Positions 39,180-50,425 of a stretch of 64,000 bases of DNA are shown piece by piece. The notes under the pieces are model-generated. The model saw nothing but the letters and a program-made list of their open reading frames with translations. It ran no database searches and had not been told where the DNA came from. The position numbers and the translations under genes are program-made. The stretch is from a virus, in IMG/VR virus record IMGVR_UViG_3300037193_002967, positions 1 through 64,000 of that record. The stretch is one strand, 5' to 3'. How positions within the stretch are numbered: the stretch's first letter is position 1; each line of letters starts with the position of its first letter.

Positions 39180-39482
39180 ATGGAATTTAAGCATACGCCT
39201 GGGCCGTGGGTCGTTTCCGATTCTCCGTTAGGGTATACCGAAAGTGCTATAAAGCATGGCACTGGCATGATGTACTTAAATGTCGTCGCAGGTCGGGCTA
39301 AGATAGTAACGAAGTGTTTACACAAAGACAGCATGACCTTAATTGCTAATGCAAAGCTAATTGCTGCCGCTCCTGAATTGTTGGATGCGTTGATTGCTGC
39401 ATACAATGAATTAAACCTTAAATATAACGATACCGAAGTTATTAATAAGGCAAAAGGTGCCATCAAAAAAGCCACCGAATAA
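39180..39482 (+). CDS. Phage hypothetical protein
   Basis: 'KHTPGPW...ANAKLIAAAPELL' family. Confidence 0.7.
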   Translation: MEFKHTPGPWVVSDSPLGYTESAIKHGTGMMYLNVVAGRAKIVTKCLHKDSMTLIANAKLIAAAPELLDALIAAYNELNLKYNDTEVINKAKGAIKKATE

Positions 39483-39508
39483 TTCACAATAAAAAAAAAA
39501 TTCAATCA

Positions 39509-40060
39509 ATGGGAACAAGAAATCTCACTATGGTCATTGACCAAAACGGAACAAAAAAAGTAGCCCAGTACGGCCAATGGGATGGCTACCCTTCAGGGGT
39601 TGGCGCTGGCATAGTTATCTTTTTGCAGAACAAGCCGTTGTTTGACTTATTTAAGTCAAAATTGCATCGTGTCAGGTTTTTGGAGCCGGAAGGAAGGGAC
39701 AAGGAATTTGTGGAAAGTTATGATAAAAATACTCCTGCATGGAGCCATGAGCTAGACAACAGAACAGAGGCACAAAGACGGTGGTATTCGACTTATATGC
39801 ATCGTGATTTGGCGGAAGAAGTATTAACGAATATAGCTAATTCTGAAGACGAAGAAATACTGTTAGACGATAGTGAAGAAACCGCAAGAGGGGGTGGCTG
39901 GGTCGAGTATTCTTATGTAATCAACTTGCAGGATAATACCTTGTCGTGTTATCATAAGTTAGATAAGCCGCCTTTCAAGGTTTATTCTATAGATGAACTT
40001 CCCGATTTCGAAAGATTTACAGCCGAATGTGAAGCTGCGGAAGACGCATTGAGAGGATAG
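39509..40060 (+). CDS. Phage hypothetical protein
   Basis: 'MGTR...QYGQWDGYP' family. Confidence 0.7.
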   Translation: MGTRNLTMVIDQNGTKKVAQYGQWDGYPSGVGAGIVIFLQNKPLFDLFKSKLHRVRFLEPEGRDKEFVESYDKNTPAWSHELDNRTEAQRRWYSTYMHRDLAEEVLTNIANSEDEEILLDDSEETARGGGWVEYSYVINLQDNTLSCYHKLDKPPFKVYSIDELPDFERFTAECEAAEDALRG

Positions 40061-40087
40061 TTAGCGGTTTTGAAAAGTTCCGCTATA

Positions 40088-40122
40088 AGCCTGGGTTACC
40101 TTTTTGGTGATCCGGGCTTTTT
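40088..40122 (+). terminator. Intrinsic terminator
   Basis: AGCCTGGGTTACC-TTTTT-GGTGATCCGGGCT-TTTT. Confidence 0.7.
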
Positions 40123-40446
40123 TATTTTTTAAAATTTGGCCAGGAGTGGGAAAAAGTGTATAATTTAGGGGGATGAATGCCTGTTCTATCACACCCTTAG
40201 ATATTGGAGAACAAACTGGTTATTGCAATGGTTATTATCAGCGAATAACAAAGGCTGAATTACATGTTTATGAAAATGGGGACCACAGAATAAAATTAGT
40301 ATTTGAAGATGGTACAGTATCCGAAGGAAAGATAATTAAGATTCAGCCAGTTAATAATCCGCCTCACTGTATAGTAACTGATGGGAATTTTTTAGAGTCA
40401 TTCGAGCCAATTCAAATTATTTGGAAAACTGATCAAAATACTTGCA

Positions 40447-40803
40447 ATGAGTGATAAATGCACATGTTGCTTTGAAGATTTCATAGTTCGCTGCACTGAT
40501 TACATTCAGGTATATGCGAAGTTGGAGCCTAACACTAATTACTTCTGGGTAATTACTGATAAGTTTGATAAACAATATGGAGGGTCATTTACTACTGATG
40601 CTGATGGCTTCTGGCGTATTCAGGTAGAAGATTTGCCCGAAGGGTTACTCACCGAATACAGTAGCTCATTTAATCTTCAGGTCTTTGAAGATGCTTATGG
40701 GTGCAGCCCAGTAAAATTTAAAGTTGCCCAGGATTATGATTGCATTCAATTCAATGTGCGCGGCGGCTTACGCAATAAAATAACTTTAGGATGCGAATTT
40801 TAG
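40447..40803 (+). CDS. Putative virion structural protein (Cys-rich, acidic)
   Basis: Composition resembles the other virion proteins in this window. Confidence 0.4.
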   Translation: MSDKCTCCFEDFIVRCTDYIQVYAKLEPNTNYFWVITDKFDKQYGGSFTTDADGFWRIQVEDLPEGLLTEYSSSFNLQVFEDAYGCSPVKFKVAQDYDCIQFNVRGGLRNKITLGCEF

Positions 40804-41064
40804 AAGAGTTATTTAGGTTTAGTTTTATTGATAAGTGCGTGTTATTGGTTGGAGTTGCCTCTATTTTTTTTAATTTCGCTTATATAGTACCATTCAGTGT
40901 AGGCTGGTGTTCTGGGAGTGTGTTATTTAATTTGATTGTTTATTGGATACCGAATGAGGAAAAATAAAAAACCCGAATATAGAAATATTCGGGTTAAATG
41001 AAGTACAGTAAAATAAAGAAAGCATATGAAATACTACAAGGCGAATATACTAAAAATTAATTAG

Positions 41065-41298
41065 ATGGCTTGTTGCCCATCCACCATAGTTTCTTTTCAA
41101 AATGGAGTTACTGAAATACCATATACTGCACTGATGCAACAAACATATGGTCCTACACCACGTGTATATATCTGGTATTATGATGTGGTAACCGGAAAAT
41201 GGATGCAAAGTAGTTTCTTTACTTTAGTAAGTTTTAAGGATAATATTATTACCATTGACCATGGCGGGCCGCAGATCGGTGCGGCAGTGATAAGATAA
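41065..41298 (+). CDS. Small putative structural protein
   Basis: 'EIPYT..MQQTYG..P.V.IWYY...I.IDHGGP..G' resembles the C-terminal domain of 49289..50026. Confidence 0.5.
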   Translation: MACCPSTIVSFQNGVTEIPYTALMQQTYGPTPRVYIWYYDVVTGKWMQSSFFTLVSFKDNIITIDHGGPQIGAAVIR

Positions 41299-42273
41299 GC
41301 TAATCATGAAAGAAGAGTTGACGCGCACCTTCACAGTAACGCGCGTAATACAGCCATACAATGATGAAAATGATTTGGTGGCTATTTCTGTTACTGATCT
41401 ACATGGCCGTTTTGAGCAGCAAAGTTTCTTTAAACGTAAAGGAACAAGATGGGATTTTGAATGTGAACGTAATGAGCGCATGGCAATTAAATTACTTGTA
41501 CATAATTTGTTGATGAAATGAGTTGCGAACACAAATTCGTCTTTATTAGAAATCATAGTTACTATACATGGATAAGCAGATACACGCTTAAATATGTTAG
41601 CGTCGATTATTTTTTTTGTGAAAAATGTCTTGAATATCATGAAATTAAAAAGGAGGCGCAGGTTAGCGATTCTCAGAAGGATATATTACCAGAATGGGCA
41701 CGCCTTATCACTTATAAATTACCTTCGGAATATTCTATATGAAATCAATATTATTATTACTAATCCTCATCGCCTGCCGTGGACCCCGAGAGCGCATCAA
41801 AGATTGGCCACCTAAGTGGCTGGATACGGTGATCCATAGGCCAATGCCCGCATGTAATGACACAACAGCATTTAAAGAAAAATTAAATAAGTAATGTCAG
41901 AAGATATATTGGTTTTGATCCCGCTCATGGTACTTGCAGTTCTCTATTTAATAGAAATTTATAGGAACTCTAAGCGAGAGATTGAAAAAATATGTGATGA
42001 AAAAATAAACCGTACGTAATGGGACCAGGATTTGGAGATATCGGCCCACCAGAATGGTTTTGGTACCTGCTATTTTTACTAGCAGCAATTGGGGGTATAG
42101 CCATGATATATTTCTTAATTAAGTTTATTATTTGGTGCATTCATCATATTAGTATTACATGAAATGGAAATGTATCATCTCTAACGAATTCGAATTATGG
42201 ATTGATCCGTCTGTTTTATCTAAGAACAAAAGAACAATTTTGAGGCTATTTAAAGTTGGCAAATAACCACATT

Positions 42274-42732
42274 ATGATCTTAATTCAACTATTCATAATT
42301 TCTCTTTTGGTTTTCGCAATCCATTATACCATGTTGGAAGGCGAGATATTTGATTTTGTGCGCAAGTGGTGGAAGAAGAAGGAAGATAGGGAGATGTGTT
42401 TGGCAGAAGAGTGTGCAAAAGAAGCAGCGTATTTAGAGTCGCTGGATAAGCCTTCTAGGCAATCGCTTATTGAAAATAGGCGCGTATTAATTAAGTTTAA
42501 TGCCGATTGTGAAAACAAGCATTTAAAAAAGTTATTTCTACTCGAAAAATTATCACAACCTATTTTCGATTGCCCGGTGTGCATGGCTCCATGGCATGGT
42601 ACCTATCTTTATTGGCTGATCCCATGGCAAAGGATCGGATTACCCGCGCATGATTGGGTTGCATGGTTGGTTGTAATTATTGGTGCATTAGGTTTGAATA
42701 GTATTATTATAAGAACTTTTAAGGATGAATAA
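42274..42732 (+). CDS. Membrane protein with CxxC (DUF1360-like)
   Basis: Hydrophobic ends and 'CPVCMAPWHG'. Confidence 0.5.
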   Translation: MILIQLFIISLLVFAIHYTMLEGEIFDFVRKWWKKKEDREMCLAEECAKEAAYLESLDKPSRQSLIENRRVLIKFNADCENKHLKKLFLLEKLSQPIFDCPVCMAPWHGTYLYWLIPWQRIGLPAHDWVAWLVVIIGALGLNSIIIRTFKDE

Positions 42733-43096
42733 AATACACGTTTCAAAGAACCCGGATATTATATTATCTGAGGCCCAAAAACATATTTTTTGTGAAAATG
42801 GTGTGAGCAAATCGGGGAACGAACAAGTTATTTCCAATGAGCAGCTTTATGAAAAAATGGAAGAAATGATAGATAGCATGAAATTAAAATGCAAATGGAA
42901 GGATATACACAACTATTAATAAGGCACGGTTTTCGTGAATCTGGCACTTGCCGCTGTGATGGTTATTTCACAAAAAAATATCGGAAGAGGAATATTGAAA
43001 TAAAGATCAGAGTAAGTAAATATACCTTCAAAGTAAAAGAAGACAATTCGACTTTATACGGCTTTCAAGCCTTAATTAACTTAGAAAAAGTTTTGA

Positions 43097-43681
43097 ATGA
43101 ATTGGATAAAAAGACTGTTTAAGCGCAATCCCAGGGTGAAAGAATTCAATGGGGAATATGCTACAGAAGTATTTAGACATAATGGGAAGGTATACTTTGC
43201 CTTTACCGATACATTTCGCATCCCGGCAGGTCGCGCCCTGTGTGCCTTAGCTATTTACGAAGAATTACGTATGCGATGTGATCGGGAATATTTGGAAAAG
43301 CATATTAGAGCTACAGAACTTATTTTAAGCCCGGATCGGAAACGTATTGATCTGGCTGCATTAGCCTTAATTAACAACAATCTGAAGGAAAGACTTAATT
43401 TAGCCCCTTATCCTGATCATATTTATAAGCTGGCTAGTGTAATGTTCTTTGATCAAAGCGAGAGCCCCTATAAGTATGATTTTGTGTATAATCAAAAAAA
43501 GATCGACGAATGGAAAGCTGATCCCGGAATGTTGGATTTTTTTTTGCGAACACACTTCAAGGATTTGATGCCCTCTTTACCTTCGTCCGGCATAAATGCG
43601 GACACTTATTTTCAGGTAGCGGAAAAAGTAAACAAACTACACCGACAACAATTGTCGGACATCATATCCAGCAAGAATTAG
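43097..43681 (+). CDS. Tail assembly chaperone (gpG-like)
   Basis: Immediately upstream of the tape measure gene; contains a T9 slippery site. Confidence 0.7.
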   Translation: MNWIKRLFKRNPRVKEFNGEYATEVFRHNGKVYFAFTDTFRIPAGRALCALAIYEELRMRCDREYLEKHIRATELILSPDRKRIDLAALALINNNLKERLNLAPYPDHIYKLASVMFFDQSESPYKYDFVYNQKKIDEWKADPGMLDFFLRTHFKDLMPSLPSSGINADTYFQVAEKVNKLHRQQLSDIISSKN

Positions 43682-43851
43682 ACGCATGGTTTAGCCAGAT
43701 GTATTGGCTTGGAGATAATGATCCAATAAAAATTAATGCAATAAATAACGGCCCTATCGTAGATTTTTTTATCTTGCTGGATGAACGGGTTAGACAAGCC
43801 AAACAACAGTTAAAGGGAATAGACAGACGCCTGCAAAAATCAAAGAAATAA
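43537..43851 (+). other. -1 frameshift extension of the tail chaperone (gpGT-like)
   Basis: T-TTT-TTT at 43537-43545; the -1 frame is open to TAA at 43849-43851, 3 nt before the tape measure ATG. Confidence 0.7.
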
Positions 43852-43854
43852 TCC

Positions 43855-46800
43855 ATGGCAGGCGAACAAACTACCGAAGTTGTATTTATTGACTTTCAAA
43901 CGAATCTCTCGGAACTTGAATCCGCCACGGATATATTGGAGAAAACCGGTCAAATAGATAAAAAGACTGCGGATGCCTTCAAAAAGACGAATGCTGAAAT
44001 TGATAAGCGCAAAAAGGTTGTAAATGATGCTGCCAAGGCCACCCAGGCAGCTACACAAAAACAAATGATAAGCATTGAAGAATTGAATGCTTACATGGAA
44101 AAGTTTTTTTCGGATTTCGTGTCAGGGATGCAGGAAGGGGTAATTGATGCTCTCAAGGAAGCCGGATTTGAATTCGATGAATTCGGCAATATTATCAACA
44201 AAAATAAGGATAAGGTCAACAAGGATGTTGGGTCCATGAAAAAGGAACTCAGCGACATTAATAAAGAGTTGGCCGCAATGAAATTGCGTGGTGAAGAAAA
44301 TACACAACAATTCTTAGAACTTGCTCAACGTGGTGGCCAGCTTAAAGATGCTATTGGTGACGCTGCCAGGGAGGTGAACCGGTTTGCCAGTGATACCCGA
44401 AATATTGATGGTTTAATTGATCTTACAAACGGTCTTGCAGGAAGCTTTGCTGTTGCTCAGGGGGCAGCAGCCCTTTTTGGTTCGGAAGGCGAAGCATTGC
44501 AGGAAACTTTAGTTAAGGTGAATTCAGCCCTGGCCATTTTGCAGGGGTTACAATCTGCTACTAATTTACTTCAAAAGGATAGCGCTGCTATCACAACTCT
44601 TAATACTATTGCCCAACGTGGCTATACTTTTGCCGTGGGGGAAAGTATAGGTGCTTTGAAAGCGTTTCGTGTAGCCCTTGCGCTTACTGGGATTGGTGCT
44701 TTAATCCTGGGTTTAACCGCCTTGGTAATGTGGCTCAATAGGGCAAATGAGGAAATCGAAGCAAATACGAAGGCATTACGTTTATTGAATGCCGAATTGG
44801 ATCGGGATATTGAAAATTTAGACAGATATACTTCAGAGATACAGCAGGCAAGTGCAGTACGTATAGCAGCTTTAGAGGCGCAGGGAGCGGCTAATAAAAA
44901 AATACGCGATGAACAGCGAGAAGCCACAGCCGAAGAGCTAAGAGGCGTCTTTGAGCTTCAGCAGGCATATAGGGATCGTGCGAACGCTGCCGAAGAAACG
45001 CTTAGGCAGATTGCATTAGGGAACCGCAAGTTTACTGAAGAGGAAGTTGAAGAAGCTGAAAGAACAGTACAGACATTTGCAGAATTGACTGAGCGGCGTA
45101 AACAATTAGCTACTGATCTGCGTGTACAAGCCATTCAGGACGAAAGGGAAACGCAGCGTGAGCAGTTGCAGGCAATTGTAGATGGGTTAGAAGCTCAATT
45201 GGCTGCAACGAGACAAAATAGTGCAAAAGAACTTGAAGTAAATAAACAACTTGCGCGCGCGCGTGCGAATGTGGAATTAAATGAAGCTGGGCAAAACGCT
45301 GCCAAAAGAAAGCTTATTGAGGCAAATTTACGTAAGGAATTACGCGAATTAGATGCTGAATATGCCAGGGTCCGGCAGCAAGATCGTATTTCACAATTAG
45401 AAGCTGAACTAACTAAGGAACAAAGTGAACGTGAAAAGATCACTAGTCGTACGAGTCAACGAGAAATCGATCTGCAAGCTAATATTATTAAAGAACAGGC
45501 GCGTCTTGAATTAATGCAAACTGGATTAACTGAGGGCCAGAAAACCGCAATTGTTCAAAAATCACTTTCTGACAGATTAAAGCTTCAACGTGAATTTACT
45601 AAACAAAGCGCTCAGGAGTCGTTGGAGGATTTTATTAGTCGTAACAATCGAGAGCTTGAACAATTAAATATATCAAATGAGGAACGCTTGCGGCTTACAG
45701 AAGAAAATATCATTGTACAGTCTCAACTGGAAATAAATGCCGCTGAAGGTCTTTCAGACAAAATAAAAGAAATTGAAGCCAAAAGGGATGCCGACCTGCG
45801 TGCTGCAAGATTGGCATCAATTCAACAACGTGTGCAGTATGAGGAAGAATTGCAGACCGCTCAAACAGGAGTACTAAGGCGGGCTCAGGAACGAATACTA
45901 AATAGCGAAAGAGCCACTTTGCGACAGCGGATTACAGCTATTAATCAATTAGCCGCTTTGGATATTGAGGCGATCAATAGGCGCCAGGATGCATTAGAAG
46001 AAGCTCACAATAAGGGCCTCATCAGTGAAAAAGAATATATCCTTGAGTATGAAAAACTGAAAGATGAGGAATTAAGAGTAACAGAAGAAACTGAAAGAGC
46101 TAAAACAGAAGTGCGTCGCAAAGCAGCAATAGAACAGGCAAATATTGCTATTCAAATTACCAGCCAGGTTTTGGAGATTTTTCAATTAGAATCACAGCAG
46201 CGACTGGAAGCACAACAAAATGAATTGAATTACCAACGCCAACAAATAGCCGATCTTCGTGAAACTGGTGCTATTACGGAAAAAGAAGCTACTGCCAGAC
46301 AGAAAAAAATTGATGCCGAGGAAAAAAGATTACGCAGGCAGCAAGCTGAAAGAGAAAAACAATTCGCCATTTTTAAAGCCGTGTTAGCTATCCCACAGGC
46401 GTATCTTACAGGCTTAACACAAGGCGGTCCCATTTTAGGTGCAATTTATGCAGGGTTAGCTGCGGCCCAGGCTATAGTTATAGCAAGCCGACAAATTCCA
46501 AAGTTCGGAAGAGGTAAGCATAATGAATATGAAGGTCCGGCCGAGATCGGCGAAACCGGACCAGAGCTTTGGCAAACCGATATGGGCATGTATTATGTAC
46601 CTAAAAAAACCATTGTTTGGGTAGGGAAAAAAGACCAAGTTTTTAATCCAACCGAAACAAAGAAAATGCTGGAACGGCCCGCCATGAATATTGAAAATAG
46701 CTATCAGAATGTAAATAATACTGGCAGCGTTTTTAATATTGATTATGATAAGATGGGAGAATCTATTGCCAAACGGATGCCGCAGACCGGTTTTAATTTT

Positions 46801-46884
46801 GATAAAGATGGGTTTACTATGTGGGCGCTCGGTCAAAACAGCTTAAATAAGTATTTAGATAAACGGCGCAGCTATGGAGTATAG
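43855..46884 (+). CDS. Tail tape measure protein
   Basis: 1009 aa, Ala/Glu-rich helical protein with hydrophobic segments and C-terminal 'PKFGRG...GETGPEL'. Confidence 0.85.
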   Translation: MAGEQTTEVVFIDFQTNLSELESATDILEKTGQIDKKTADAFKKTNAEIDKRKKVVNDAAKATQAATQKQMISIEELNAYMEKFFSDFVSGMQEGVIDALKEAGFEFDEFGNIINKNKDKVNKDVGSMKKELSDINKELAAMKLRGEENTQQFLELAQRGGQLKDAIGDAAREVNRFASDTRNIDGLIDLTNGLAGSFAVAQGAAALFGSEGEALQETLVKVNSALAILQGLQSATNLLQKDSAAITTLNTIAQRGYTFAVGESIGALKAFRVALALTGIGALILGLTALVMWLNRANEEIEANTKALRLLNAELDRDIENLDRYTSEIQQASAVRIAALEAQGAANKKIRDEQREATAEELRGVFELQQAYRDRANAAEETLRQIALGNRKFTEEEVEEAERTVQTFAELTERRKQLATDLRVQAIQDERETQREQLQAIVDGLEAQLAATRQNSAKELEVNKQLARARANVELNEAGQNAAKRKLIEANLRKELRELDAEYARVRQQDRISQLEAELTKEQSEREKITSRTSQREIDLQANIIKEQARLELMQTGLTEGQKTAIVQKSLSDRLKLQREFTKQSAQESLEDFISRNNRELEQLNISNEERLRLTEENIIVQSQLEINAAEGLSDKIKEIEAKRDADLRAARLASIQQRVQYEEELQTAQTGVLRRAQERILNSERATLRQRITAINQLAALDIEAINRRQDALEEAHNKGLISEKEYILEYEKLKDEELRVTEETERAKTEVRRKAAIEQANIAIQITSQVLEIFQLESQQRLEAQQNELNYQRQQIADLRETGAITEKEATARQKKIDAEEKRLRRQQAEREKQFAIFKAVLAIPQAYLTGLTQGGPILGAIYAGLAAAQAIVIASRQIPKFGRGKHNEYEGPAEIGETGPELWQTDMGMYYVPKKTIVWVGKKDQVFNPTETKKMLERPAMNIENSYQNVNNTGSVFNIDYDKMGESIAKRMPQTGFNFDKDGFTMWALGQNSLNKYLDKRRSYGV

Positions 46885-49084
46885 ATTCTACTTGAATGGT
46901 GATCCATGTGAAGAGCCTATTGGATGGGCTGATTTCGAATTATCGATGCGCCGGGATGACAAAACCCATGGCATTCAGTTTGAGGTTAGTACTGGAACAT
47001 TACGTTTTTATGGACCTGATGCATTATATCTTAAAGAACAAAAAGAATTGCATGGAATTAAAGCTCACGTGGAATTTGTGGCTCAGGAATTTTGCGATGA
47101 CCCATATACTCCATTTGAAGAAATAAGAGGTCAATTGAATTTTGGTAAATACAAGGAATTATGCGGAAATCAATGTTTAGTTGAATTGCCAGTTGAGGAA
47201 GATAGTTGCAGGTTGATCTTTAAAAATAAATACGATCAAAAGGTTGATTTGGATTCTGCTCTTACTTTTAATGGCATCAATTCTTTACCGAATTATACAG
47301 GCTTAAGGATCGATATGGAATTACCGCCTAAAGCATTACAAGCGGCGGTTGATGGGAGTGTTGGCGAAGAAGATAATATTGTAGAATTTGACGAAACGAT
47401 TATTCAGGCCGCAAGATTTTTTATTAGGCCAACATATATAATTGAAAGGTACAATAATATTTTAACAGGCCAGTTAGTGCCGGTTAGCAATTGGGATACC
47501 ACAGACGGCGCTGATTTTCCAATAAGCCCGCAATTATTGTTTGAAGATATAATAGCATGTTTTGATGGAGATTTTGAATATAGCGGAAGACAAAAGGGGC
47601 TTCTTGAAATTACGGAAAATGGATCAAATGCAGGTGTGTATGCCTTAAAGCATAAAATAGTTAAATGGGATGGAAATGGCAGTATATTTAATGACTCCAC
47701 ATTAATTGCAGAACACGTGTTTTTTGATGATTTTGGTAATCCTGTAGAAATACCCTATAGCGTTAGTTTTGATAATACACTGAGCGGTATTTTAACTTTG
47801 GCCGAAGGAGATGGGTTATATAATGTTATAGAGGTTGGGGTGTTGACGGCGCTTTCTGCTTCTTTGCATTTTAAAGTTACTTATGATGATGATACATTTT
47901 TTACTTTATCAGCGAGAAAAGAATGCCCATCTACAAATGCAGAAGTTTATTTGATCCACGAAACATTGAGCCGAATTGCTGAAAGTATAACAGATATGTG
48001 TATACGAGTAAAAAGTTCTTATTATGGTCGAATAGACAGTCAGCCGTTTGCTTTTCCTAGTGATGGGTGTGGTGGTTTAAGACTATTAACTAGTGGACTT
48101 AAGATTAGACGCGCACCAGATGGAAAATTTTTCGCCAGTATGAAAGATGTAGTGGAGGGATTAAATTCGATTGATAATATTGGATTTGATATTGTGCCAG
48201 ACCCGGATTTGCCTAATAGGTTTTTAATGTATATCGAAGAAGTGGGATATTTTTATCAAGATGAAGAGGTGTTTATTATTGATCATATACCTGAAGGTAC
48301 AGTAGAGATGCAAGAGCAAATGCATTATGCCAAAGTGAATGTAGGGTATAAAAAATGGGAAGTAGAAGGGGTTAATGGCTTGGATGAATTCAATAGTACT
48401 AGGGAATATAGAACTAGCATTGATACAGTCAATAATACGCTGGATATTACTAGCAATCTAATTGCTGGCAGTTACCCTTTGGAAATAACAAGACAGCAAA
48501 ATTTTGCTGATAGTGGTGCGGCAGATACGAAGTTTGATAATGATATTTTTATTGTAACTTTAAAAAGAAATGCGTACGATTTTTCGGTAGAGCAGGACAA
48601 TGTATCAAGTGCCGAAAATTTCTTTGATCCTCCTAGCATTTACAACTTTAGACTAAGCCCCGTACGAAATTTGATGCGTTGGTATAAGACAATTGCTGCC
48701 GGATATAGAAATTTAACGGATGGGGAAAATAAATTGTTTTTTGGAGCCGGAACCGGTAATATCAATGCCAGGGGTGAGGTGATTGAGGGTGCCTATGATG
48801 CAGAATGCAAAATAGAATCGATGCCCATTTCTGAAAATCAGGATATTTTTATCACTCATTTCGCTAGGGCAGAAGACTACACGCCCTTATATAAGAACGA
48901 AACTTTTTCTTTTGAATACCCGTTAAGTATTTCTGAATATAAGGAGTTAAAAGCTTCTCCATATGGTTATATAAGTTATAGATGTGGGAGTAGCGGAGAT
49001 TTTGAAAAGGGATTTATTAAGGAAGTGAAATTCAGGCCAGCTAAAGGCATGGCCTCTTTTTCATTAATTAAAAAATGGTCATGA
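46874..49084 (+). CDS. Tail tip/hub protein
   Basis: 736 aa acidic beta-rich protein directly after the tape measure gene. Confidence 0.6.
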   Translation: MEYRFYLNGDPCEEPIGWADFELSMRRDDKTHGIQFEVSTGTLRFYGPDALYLKEQKELHGIKAHVEFVAQEFCDDPYTPFEEIRGQLNFGKYKELCGNQCLVELPVEEDSCRLIFKNKYDQKVDLDSALTFNGINSLPNYTGLRIDMELPPKALQAAVDGSVGEEDNIVEFDETIIQAARFFIRPTYIIERYNNILTGQLVPVSNWDTTDGADFPISPQLLFEDIIACFDGDFEYSGRQKGLLEITENGSNAGVYALKHKIVKWDGNGSIFNDSTLIAEHVFFDDFGNPVEIPYSVSFDNTLSGILTLAEGDGLYNVIEVGVLTALSASLHFKVTYDDDTFFTLSARKECPSTNAEVYLIHETLSRIAESITDMCIRVKSSYYGRIDSQPFAFPSDGCGGLRLLTSGLKIRRAPDGKFFASMKDVVEGLNSIDNIGFDIVPDPDLPNRFLMYIEEVGYFYQDEEVFIIDHIPEGTVEMQEQMHYAKVNVGYKKWEVEGVNGLDEFNSTREYRTSIDTVNNTLDITSNLIAGSYPLEITRQQNFADSGAADTKFDNDIFIVTLKRNAYDFSVEQDNVSSAENFFDPPSIYNFRLSPVRNLMRWYKTIAAGYRNLTDGENKLFFGAGTGNINARGEVIEGAYDAECKIESMPISENQDIFITHFARAEDYTPLYKNETFSFEYPLSISEYKELKASPYGYISYRCGSSGDFEKGFIKEVKFRPAKGMASFSLIKKWS

Positions 49085-49288
49085 ATTTAGAGAATATTTG
49101 GCATGTAGTTCCATTAAACGATCTATTTAAACATGATACAATTACTTTTAATAATGGGGAAAATATAGTTTGTGAATGTGATTGCGAACCATCCATTTCG
49201 ACAGAAGAAAACGGATTTGTTGTAATCCACCACAGCTTTGACGGCAGAGAGGGGATTGAAGCCGTAAACGAAATCTTAAATAAGTAAC

Positions 49289-50026
49289 ATGCCTTACAGA
49301 ATCGAAACAAGCCAGTTTAGTTTTGTTCAATTTGCCGAAGGTGATTCAATTGAGGCATGTGGATGGTCTAGTGCGGATATGTGCTTGCCAGTATTTAATA
49401 CAGAGGATGTATGGTTTCAGTTTGTAGTAGCTTCAGACACAAAAGAGGAAGCAGATGATCTATGCGAAAATGAAGATTTGATAACACTAGGTCTTGTCGA
49501 GGCATGTACCGATGGTTTTTTATTGGAATTTAGTCAGAAGCCTAACCGATATCGAATTAGTGATACCCGAGTTAGATACGATTGGACGCATGGCTTCCCT
49601 GGTTTTCAAAATGTGCTAAGTGTTGGGGAATGCTTTCATATAAAAGTTTTGATCGTAAATCAGCAGTTTTGTAGTAATTGTTTTCAGCGTATTGTCGATG
49701 ATTGTCATACAAGCGTAATTCAATATGGAAACAATGATAATGCCTTCGGGTTTAATTATTGCGCAGGCGCTACAGATGAGCAACAGGATGAAAGCTGTGA
49801 GCCATTAGAAATACCTTTTGGGCCGAGTGTGGCAACCATGACCATACCATGGACAGCTTATTTAAGGGATAGGTATGGTGATTTCCCGAGTGTTGAGGTT
49901 TGGACCTACGAGCCAGGAGGCGAGTTAATTAAGCCTGGAATAGTTGCTGAATTAGATGGTTACCCACCTAATGAAATCAGGTTGGATTTTGGGGGTCCCA
50001 GTTCAGGGGTTATAAAAATAATGTGA
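49289..50026 (+). CDS. Putative tail structural protein
   Basis: Cys-rich and acidic; in the tail region. Confidence 0.5.
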   Translation: MPYRIETSQFSFVQFAEGDSIEACGWSSADMCLPVFNTEDVWFQFVVASDTKEEADDLCENEDLITLGLVEACTDGFLLEFSQKPNRYRISDTRVRYDWTHGFPGFQNVLSVGECFHIKVLIVNQQFCSNCFQRIVDDCHTSVIQYGNNDNAFGFNYCAGATDEQQDESCEPLEIPFGPSVATMTIPWTAYLRDRYGDFPSVEVWTYEPGGELIKPGIVAELDGYPPNEIRLDFGGPSSGVIKIM

Positions 50027-50425
50027 TTAAAACTCTTTACTATGAAAGTAATAAAGGTTCCATTATTGGTAGCTGGTGTTCTGTTTTTCCCAATACATTT
50101 ACTTATAATGTTACCAATTGAATTGCCATTATGGAGGGAGTACCGTAAACAGAATTATAACGTGCCTGGGTTTTTGAAATTTTTCTGGGATCGATGTTGC
50201 TCCTTAAAAGAGGTTAATTACAAGAAATTTAAATCATGAATTTGTATTTTATTATTTACTGGCTTGTGGGATTTATTATTTGTGCAAGATTATTATACTT
50301 GGAAGCCGAAAGATTGGATATGGGCATGGCGATTTTAAATCCGTGGTTTTGGTTAATTGCAATGGTAGAGGCTATTGTATGGCCTATAGTTGTAATATAT
50401 TTCTTAATTCGTAAATTTAAACGTC

